A stretch of 10,828 nt of DNA, from the NCBI RefSeq assembly GCF_006345805.1, contig NW_021827238.1, forward strand, positions 1 to 10,828, read 5' to 3'. Origin of the DNA: Octopus sinensis. Its lineage: Eukaryota. Below are positions 1 to 7,129 of the stretch, one piece after another (within the stretch, counting starts at the first letter, position 1; each line of letters begins with the position of its first letter). The notes beneath the pieces are model-generated. The model had not been told where the DNA came from. It saw only the letters and a program-made list of their open reading frames with translations, and ran no database searches. Both the position numbers and the translations under genes were made by a program.

Positions 1-42
1 GTGTGTATATATGTGTGTGTGTGTGTGTGTATTTATGTATGT

Positions 43-192
43 ATGGCTGTGTGATAAGACGTTTGCTTGCAATCATATGTTCTGGGTTTCATTCCCACTG
101 CGTGGCACCTTGGGCAAGTGTCTTCTACTATAGCCTGGGGGTCGACCAAAGCCTTGTGAGTGGATTTGGCAGATGGAAACTGAAAGAAGCCC
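43..192 (+). mobile_element. tRNA-derived SINE family A, diverged 5' half
   Basis: Aligns by eye with the family A copy at 5435-5597 (cccactgcgtggca..ttgg.caagtgtcttct.ctatagcc ... gacc aa.g.cttgtgagtggatttgg.aga.ggaaactgaaagaagcc). Degenerate Pol III A/B-box head at about 43-97. Confidence 0.85.
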
Positions 193-493
193 AGTGGTTA
201 GGTCAGTGACTCTCGCGGTCGTAGGAGCAGGGTTTCGATTCCCAGACCAGGCGTTGTGATTAATTTATTGAGCGATAATACCTAAAGCTCCACGACGCTT
301 AGACAGGGGGTGATGGCGAGCCCTACTGTACTCTTTCACCACACCACAACTTTCTTTCACTCTTTCTCCCTGTTTCTCTTGTACCTCTATTTCAAAAGAC
401 CAGCCTTGTCACAATCTGAGTCACGCCGAATCTCTCTGAGAGCTACGCTGAGGGTACTCGTGTCTGCGGAGTACTCAGTCACTTGCACGTTAA
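193..493 (+). mobile_element. tRNA-derived SINE family C, copy 1 (extreme 5' end missing, 3' truncated)
   Basis: Head and body match 6847-7000 (tggttagg.cag.g...tcgcggtcgtagga...ggtttcgattcccaga; tgtactctttcaccac). B-box-like GGTTTCGATTCCC at about 231-243. Confidence 0.8.
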
Positions 494-561
494 TATACCC
501 TTGGAGGTTTTATATCTGTTTTAAGGAATCCATAAACACGTATAAAACATCCAAGGGTATA
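494..561. repeat. 68-bp inverted-repeat (hairpin, MITE-like) element
   Basis: 494-514 TATACCCTTGGAGGTTTTATA versus the reverse complement of 541-561, TATACCCTTGGATGTTTTATA: 20/21 match, 26-nt spacer, TA at both outer ends. Confidence 0.8.
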
Positions 562-744
562 ATTTTCTCCCTCTGAAGATATTGTACTCACTCATATGAA
601 TTAAATATTCAATTGATATTCACTGAGTATTCATTGAAACAGCTGTAAGGGATGATGATTGCTATGCTGTTAATAATAAGCAATTATTTACTTCCTATTC
701 TCCATTTTCTTTTCTTGGGGTTAACATAACCTCTAATCGAATTT

Positions 745-757
745 ATGTGTGTGTGTG

Positions 758-820
<63 letters not shown>

Positions 821-1097
821 ATACTATTAGTATATATATATATATATATATATCTATATATATATATATAATATATATATATATAATATAAATAATGTGT
901 GCGTGTATACATGTGTGTGCATGTATGTATGTCATTTATAATATATATATATATATAATATTATACTTCTACAAGAATGTTGTCAACAGTGACTTCGAAG
1001 TCTTGGCAATCCAGCCAACTAAGCCATATATAAATGTTATATGTGTGTTTGCGCGCGTGTGTGTGTATCTATGTAAGCATGTGCGTGTGTATGTGTG

Positions 1098-1166
<69 letters not shown>

Positions 1167-1280
1167 GTATATATATATGTATGCATATATATATATATAG
1201 GGAGAGACAGACAGACAGAGAAGGGCGGATAGATATAGATATACATTTTGTACACACACACATATACACACACGTAGTTA
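745..1280. repeat. (TA)n / (TG)n / (CA)n compound microsatellite block
   Basis: Long (TA)n at about 760-890 and 1098-1199 with TG, AC and GACA runs. A short complex island sits at about 961-1030. Confidence 0.95.
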
Positions 1281-1360
1281 TATAATCACGGTTTTTACTA
1301 TATCTTCTCACCACCACCTCTGCTGCTGTTCATTTAACCGCCACCCACGCCCTTTTCTTT

Positions 1361-1413
1361 CCCGATCCACCCCCCATCCCCCCACCTCCACCCCTATACC
1401 CACCCACCCACCC
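1361..1413 (-). other. G-quadruplex-forming sequence (predicted)
   Basis: Minus strand reads GGGTGGGTGGGTGGGTATAGGGGTGGAGGTGGGGGGATGGGGGGTGGATCGGG, containing four GGG tracts with 1-nt loops plus extra G tracts. Confidence 0.6.
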
Positions 1414-1497
1414 GCTATGTACCCCTCACAACCTGTCTACTTTCGTCCATCGTAATTAGAGAAATAATCACAGGTTTTATTCGTTAGTTACTTGTGA

Positions 1498-2410
1498 ATG
1501 CGTATGTATGGGTATGTACCCGACTATGGGTATGTACCCGACTGTGTGTGTGTGTGTGTGTGTTCGTGTATGTGTGTACATCAGTGTGTGTGAGTCTTTC
1601 TGTGTATGTGCACTTCGTGTGTTTACTTGCGTGTGTATGCATGTGTACCCGAGCATTTATGTGTTTGCATACGGGTACGTGTGCGTAATCTGTGTGTTTA
1701 TATGAGGATATATATGCAGTTGAGTGTATATGCGTGTGTGTGTGTGTGTGTGTACCTGAGTGTGTATGTGTGTATATAATGGGTGTGTATTTGAGTGTAT
1801 ATCTATGTACCCGTGTGTTTGTACATGTACGTGTATGTGTGTGCACCATGTGTGTGTATATGCATATGTATTTGTGTGTGTAAGTGTATGGACGTATGTG
1901 TGTGTAAGCGTACGTGTGAGTGTGCATGTGCGTGCGTGCGTGTATGTGTGAGTGTGTGTGTGTGTGTATGTGCACATGGATTTAACTGTGTTTGCGAGAT
2001 TGTGTATGTGTGTATATATTTGTGTATGTGTGTATATACCTACAAATATTTCTCTGTGTGTGTGTGTATGTAGGTGTGTGCGCGTGTGTGTATGTGTGTG
2101 TGCAATACAGGTACAAATGTGTGTGCGTTTCTGTATGTGTGTGAGCGTGTGTATGTATCTGAATTTTTATACGTTTGTGTGTATGTATGCATGTGTGTGC
2201 GTGTGTGTATGTGTTTGTGTGTGCAATACAGGTACGAATGTGTGCGTTTCTGTATGTGTGTGATCGCGTGTATGTATCTAAATGTGTATATGGGTATATG
2301 AATGTGTGTGTGTGTGTGTGTGTTTGTGTGTGGAGCAACGTTAATTGCATATGTCGGTAGCGGGGAAGGTGTGTATGTGTGTGTGTGTGTATGTGTGTGT
2401 ATGTATCTAT
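1498..2410. repeat. Degenerate (TG)n / (TATG)n alternating purine-pyrimidine tract
   Basis: About 900 bp dominated by TG/TA/CG alternation. Contains an 18-bp tandem duplicate (1508-1543) and a 121-bp-period duplicate (TGCAATACAGGTAC at 2101 and 2222). Confidence 0.95.
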
Positions 2411-2504
2411 AATACAATTAGCGTATGTTTATAATTTATATCAGTTAGAGTATGTGTAAGACTAGTGTGTGGGGGGGAGGGGTTAAATGACAACACAACC
2501 AACA

Positions 2505-2992
2505 CCGCCATCACTATCACAACAGCATAGCACAATCTCCTCGTGTCACCGTCATCATCGTCATCATCATCATCATCATCATCACCCTCACCTTTAACTT
2601 CATTGTCACAAATCGCCATTATATAAAGGGAAAAAACCCACCACTGACGCCACCATCAGAACTACCACCACCACCACTACCACAACAACAGTCAGCAATC
2701 TTCATTACCACCCCCTCCACTACAGCACACTACCACCAACACCACCACCACCACTAACACCACCAACGTCACCACCACTAACACCAACAAGAGCGACGCT
2801 ACCTGTAATTTCCGACCTCCCACACACATACCCCCGGCCACCACCACCAATTACCACCATCACCACCACCACCATCACCGCCGTCACCACCATTATCACT
2901 ACTACTACCACCACCAACACCACTAGCGCCACTACCTATAATTTCCGCCCCCACCACCCACCATCCACCACCCACCACCACCGCCGCCACCA
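2505..2992. repeat. Cryptic (ACC)n / (ATC)n / (AAC)n trinucleotide simple-sequence region
   Basis: Runs of cac/cat/caa triplets with frequent phase slips; (CAT)n at about 2552-2584. Confidence 0.9.
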
Positions 2993-3062
2993 GTCGTCGA
3001 AGTTTGACAGCGTATGTACTTCAGTAAGGTAACCAATAACATTAAGGCCATATTTGTCTCAC
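2932..3062 (-). CDS. Candidate coding exon, in frame with the 3410-3500 exon: (G)ETNMALMLLVTLLKYIRCQTSTTGGGGGGGWWMVGGGGGNYR*; true 3' end uncertain
   Basis: Strong acceptor TTTTTTTTTCACGACAG| (AG at 3064-3063). The phase fits the upstream phase-1 donor and the joined frame is open to TAG at 2934-2932. No convincing internal donor, and the 3' part runs into simple repeat. Confidence 0.35.
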
Positions 3063-3134
3063 CTGTCGTGAAAAAAAAATACACATTTTGTCTTCGTTAA
3101 GTCGAACACTTGGCAGAGTAAGACACCGTTTCTT

Positions 3135-3290
3135 CTATTTCCCTTTCACTGGGGTCTTTCTTTCTCCTCTATCTCTCTTCCTCCCTCTCTCTATCTCTCC
3201 TTCTCTCTCTCTCTATCTCTCTTATTCTCCTTCGTTTTTACCCTTACTCATTCTCTATCTCTGTCTCTCTCTGTCTCTCTGTCTCTTTCT
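3135..3290. repeat. (CT)n-rich polypyrimidine tract
   Basis: Near-continuous C/T with ctct/ctgt/ctat units; lies inside the putative 3063-3409 intron. Confidence 0.9.
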
Positions 3291-3409
3291 GATGTAAGTG
3301 TTCGAGTACATGGACCCTGTTTGTAGGGACACGGAATGTAAATACTACAGTCACGTGTAAAACACACACAGACACACCCCCACACGTACACATGCGCAAA
3401 GGAACTTAC

Positions 3410-3500
3410 CTAGAACTCGCTCAACTTTTATTCCGTATTCCTCGAATGTTACCCGGTACTTATCAAGTCTTCGTAACTGGTTTCTACTCTCGAAGAGAAA
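3410..3500 (-). CDS. Candidate 91-bp internal coding exon: FLFESRNQLRRLDKYRVTFEEYGIKVERVL(G); product unknown
   Basis: Acceptor TTCGTTCTGGTTTCCTAG| (AG 3502-3501) and donor CTAG|GTAAGT (GT 3409-3408), followed by a GT-rich intron start. Only one of three frames is open. Non-repetitive, protein-like composition. Confidence 0.55.
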
Positions 3501-3812
3501 CTAGGAAACCAGAACGAATTCAAACCAAGGAACGAAACACTTTAATATGACACCAGCATTATCAACAATACCCGTATTACACCCGTAATAATAGCAACAG
3601 GAGCATTAACACCAAACGATTATTACGACTAGAGAGTGTTCGGGTCATTTGGTCTGCTAGAAACAGCAGCTAAGACTGTTCGTTAAATAACAGTCTACCA
3701 GATTAAAAAATTGAGAGTGCGAAAAGTAACACCGTATTATTTAAGGCAGGATGGTCATGTTTGGAATGCCTTTGATCATAAGTCTGCTTATTCAGGATTG
3801 ACTTAAAGCTTG

Positions 3813-3865
3813 ACAACAACAGCAACAACAACAACAACAACAATAACATAACATCAACAACAACA
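3813..3865. repeat. (AAC)n microsatellite
   Basis: acaacaacagcaacaacaacaacaacaacaataacataacatcaacaacaacagc. Confidence 0.9.
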
Positions 3866-4191
3866 GCGGAAGACAAAAACAAAATATGACGGTTACAAAG
3901 ATAAGGTAAGATCCGGAATCTAAGGAATCGTTTGCCTTTCTGCAATTGTGGTATTAACCTCTGTATTCTTAATCTTTGAAGAAGAACAAATTTCCGAAAC
4001 GTTGGATTTCGATCCCTTACAGCAAATCAACAATTCCGTTATTCCTTTCGGATTTCCTTTGAATCTTCATGCCGTAAAGATATTATCTGAAGAGTTAGAA
4101 TTACCCATAAAGGTACTAGCATTGGTTTTGGTGCTTGGTGGTGTTGTTATTGTTGTTGATGTTGGTGTTGTTGTGTCGAAGCCAGTAAAAG

Positions 4192-4218
4192 GTCACATGA
4201 CACTATGTCAACCAATCA
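4192..4218 (+). promoter_or_regulatory. E-box (GTCACATGAC, MiT/USF-type) plus CCAAT box
   Basis: GTCACATGAC at 4192-4201 and AACCAATCA with CCAAT at 4212-4216, 12 bp after the CACATG core. Motif match only; no expression evidence. Confidence 0.3.
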
Positions 4219-4399
4219 CATCCCTCATGATGAAAATATTCCCACCCAGGTAAGCCACTTTTATGTTCGTTATATGAAGACTGGGTATCTATTTTTGGTA
4301 CTTGTTGTTACCTTGTTGTTCTTGTTCTTATTGATGTTGTTTACCAATTTAGGCAGCTAAGGATTTATCCACCACCATCAAAAATGCGTGTCATCCAAG

Positions 4400-4817
4400 C
4401 AAACTTAATCTGTCGACCCTGTTCAACAAACTTACTCTATCGCCCGGTTTAACAAACTTAATCTGTCACCCAGTTAATCAAATTTAATCCGTCACTCAGT
4501 TTAGCGAACTTAATCTGTCACCCAGTTTAATAAATTTAATCTGTCGCCCGATTTAAAAAACTATCTCGGTCGCCCGGTTAACCAAATTTAATCCGTCGCT
4601 CGGTTTAAAAACTTCATCTGTCGCACCGGTTTAACAAACTTAATCTGTCGCCCGGTTAACCAATTTAATCTGTCGCCCGATTTAAAAAACTTAATCTGTC
4701 GCCCGGTTTAACAAACTTAATCTGTCGCCCGGTTAATCAAATTTAATCTGTTACCCGGTTAACCAAATTTAATCTTTCGCCCGGTTTAAAAAACGTAATC
4801 TGTAGTCCGGTTTAACA
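4400..4817. repeat. 26-bp minisatellite, about 16 units, consensus AACAAACTTAATCTGTCGCCCGGTTT
   Basis: TAATC-type anchors at 4406, 4433, 4459, 4485, 4511, 4537, about 4563, 4589, 4614, 4641, 4666, 4692, 4718, 4744, 4770 and 4796. Confidence 0.95.
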
Positions 4818-5059
4818 ATGCCCTCTTGGCAATTGGCTCTCTTTAGCGGAATTCACTACGTTACAAGCTGTAGATCCTAATCTCCAATTGGGGAACATTT
4901 CTCCCATCCAATAGTTTCGGAGGCCCTGTAAAGGATTATGCTCCCATTATTTCCTACTGACTAAGCGATTAAAAAGAACTAGCTAAAATAGATCCGAGGA
5001 AAACAGTCCCTCCAAGAGCACGCTTAAGCCCTCTAGGGCAACAGTTTTGTGTTTCCGCA

Positions 5060-5197
5060 TTTCTCTTGCAGTACCTCAAATTTCTGTTAGAGAACCTTAA
5101 ATTCCTCTTGCAGTACCTCAAATTTCCGTTAGATTACCTCAAATTTCCGTTAGATTACCTCAGATTTCTTCCAAGAGTACCTCAGATTTCTTCCATA
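5060..5197. repeat. 21-bp minisatellite, about 6.5 units
   Basis: Units tttctcttgcagtacctcaaa / tttctgttagagaaccttaaa / ttcctcttgcagtacctcaaa / tttccgttagattacctcaaa / tttccgttagattacctcaga / tttcttccaagagtacctcaga. Confidence 0.9.
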
Positions 5198-5434
5198 GGC
5201 TTTATTCGATTGGAAGTATTAGGTACCAAATACTTGTCAATCCTACAGTCTTTGCAGTTGAGTCTTTGAATCTTAGTGTCACATTCATTCTACAAAAAGC
5301 TCTGGAACTCAAACAAACAAATTCAACAGTTTTTTTTTTTCTGCACTGAAGAGTTTCAAGCTCCGCTGTACACACCTCCGAAAATATCACATGGCTCTTA
5401 ATGTTTATAACCGAAACGTGATATAGAATGCGAC

Positions 5435-6165
5435 AGGCGCAGGAGTGGCTGTGGTAAGTAGCTTGCAAACCAACCACATGGTTTCGGGTTCAGTCCCACT
5501 GCGTGGCATCTTGGCCAAGTGTCTTCTGCTATAGCCCCGGGCCGACCAATGACTTGTGAGTGGATTTGGTAGACGGAAACTGAAAGAAGCCTGTCGTTTA
5601 TATGTATATATATATGTGTGTGTGTTTGTGTGTGTGTTTGTCCCCCTAGCATTGCTTGACAATCGATGCTGGTGTGTTTACGTCCCCGTCACTTAGCGGT
5701 TCGGCAAAAGAGACCGATAGAATATGTACTGGGCTTACAAAAGAATAAGTCCCGGGGTCGATTTGCTCGACTAAATGCGGTGCTCCAGCATGGCCGCAGT
5801 CAAATGACACTTGGGCAAGTGTCTTCTGCTATAGCCCCGGGCCGACCAAAGCCTTGTGAGTGGATTTGGTAGACGGAAACTGAAAGAAGCCTGTCGTATA
5901 TATGTGTATATATATATATATATGTATGTATGTGTGTGTGTGTTTGTGTGTCTGTGTTTGTCCCCCTAGCATAGCTTGACAATCGATGCTAGTGTGTTTA
6001 CGTCCCCGTCACTTAGCGGTTCGGCAAAAGAGACCGATAGAATATGTACTGGGCTTACAAAAGAATAAGTCCCGGGGGTCGATTTGCTCGACTAAAGGCG
6101 GTGCTCCAGCATGGCCGCAGTCAAATGACTGAAACAAGTAAAAGAGTAAAAAGAGTAAAGAGAGT
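5435..6165 (+). mobile_element. SINE family A head-to-tail dimer (monomer 1 5435-5808; 5'-truncated monomer 2 5809-6165)
   Basis: tRNA-like head with A box TGGCTGTGG and B box GGTTCAGTCCC (about 5487-5497), internal TA/TG microsatellite and (AAAGAGT)n tail at about 6138-6165. 5810-6129 repeats about 5510-5808 at high identity. Confidence 0.92.
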
Positions 6166-6600
6166 TCGTTCGGCACATTCCGCCTCTTGTTCTTGCGGCG
6201 TCATTCGCTCAGCTTTGATCTTAGCTCTCACAGGCAACGGAAGCAAACTTTGAAAGGACATGAAAGAAAACGAAGACAGATTTACAGAAGGTTGTGGAAG
6301 AAATAAACGCCAAGAAATATATAATTCTTCCAGTCACGTATTCCTGTTTTGTACTTTCTTCTTCTACCCGACCCTCTTTCAAGTTAAACAATCATGTTTG
6401 ATCTACATAGATTAAGATATGCAAACCGATTAAAATTACAAACCTTTTTTCTCTCTCTCTCTCTATCTTCATTTATCTATCTATTTATTTATCTATTTAT
6501 TTATTGGTATTGTCAACACTCATTGCTTTTATCGAGTCAATGTGTTGCGTTGTGTTTTCTTTTTCTTTTTCTTTTGCTTCTTTTATTTTTTTATGTGTAT

Positions 6601-6770
6601 AGGCGTGTGTATGATTGTGTAGTAAGAAACTCGCTTTGCAGTCACGTGGTTTCGTCTTCAAGTGTCACTGCGCGGCACCTTGGGCAAGTGTCTTCAACTA
6701 CCCCCCCCCCGGCGACCAATGCCTTGTGAAGGAATTTGGTAGGGGGAAACTGACTGGAAGCCCATCGTAT
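6601..6770 (+). mobile_element. SINE family A, diverged 5' half
   Basis: cactgcgcggcaccttgggcaagtgtcttc ... gaccaatgccttgtg..ggaatttggtagggggaaactga..ggaagccc matches 5497-5592. Confidence 0.85.
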
Positions 6771-6831
6771 ATTATATATATATATAATGTGTGTGTGTGT
6801 GTGTGTGTGTGTTGGGTGTGTGTGTGTGTGT

Positions 6832-7088
6832 GGAGGCGCAATGGCTCACTGGTTAGGGCAGCGGACTCGCGGTCGTAGGATCGCGGTTTCGATTCCCAGA
6901 ACGGGCGTTGTGAAAACACCTTAAAGCTGCAGGAGGCTCCGGCAGGGGGTGGTGATCCCTGGTGTACTCTTTCACCACTCTTTCTTTCACTCTTTCTTCT
7001 GTTGGCCTGCACGAAGGCTAAAAACAATGCGAAGTGCATTGTGATCAGCGATGTGTAACAACATCTGATGGTCTGGTCGGTCACGTGA
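6832..7088 (+). mobile_element. SINE family C, copy 2 (intact tRNA-like head, alternative 3' tail)
   Basis: GGAGGCGCAATGGCTCACTGGTTAG A-box region and GGTTTCGATTCCC B box. Body matches 193-370; the tail at 7000-7088 differs from copy 1. Inserted directly after (TG)n. Confidence 0.85.
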
Positions 7089-7093
7089 TATAT

Positions 7094-7129
<36 letters not shown>

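Noticed and set aside
592-643. Minus-strand acceptor (CCTTACAG) and donor (GTGAGT) pair
   Set aside because: All three frames of the 52-nt interval contain stops, and there is no support for a non-coding exon.
991-1002. Perfect 12-bp palindrome GACTTCGAAGTC
   Set aside because: About 1 in 4096 positions by chance, so a few are expected in 10.8 kb; the spacing does not fit a heat-shock element.
895-2417. Many overlapping ORFs rich in VC/YI/HT dipeptides (also at 7293-7634)
   Set aside because: These are translations of TG/TA/CA microsatellites that lack stop codons; there are no protein-like features.
2407-2619. Poly-Asp ORF on the minus strand
   Set aside because: The acidic run is a (GAT)n microsatellite, with no splice or homology support.
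3948-4253. 101-aa plus-strand ORF ending at a donor-like CAG|GTAAGC
   Set aside because: GTG start, no acceptor, no recognisable domain, and its Val-rich part is a (GTT)n repeat.
4400-4817. CRISPR-like appearance (GTTT...AAAC units)
   Set aside because: Units are contiguous with no unique spacers, there are no cas genes, and the context is eukaryotic.
5435-5500. Possible tRNA genes (also at 6832, 7808 and 9758)
   Set aside because: The A/B boxes are followed by SINE bodies and tails, and no complete cloverleaf is evident.
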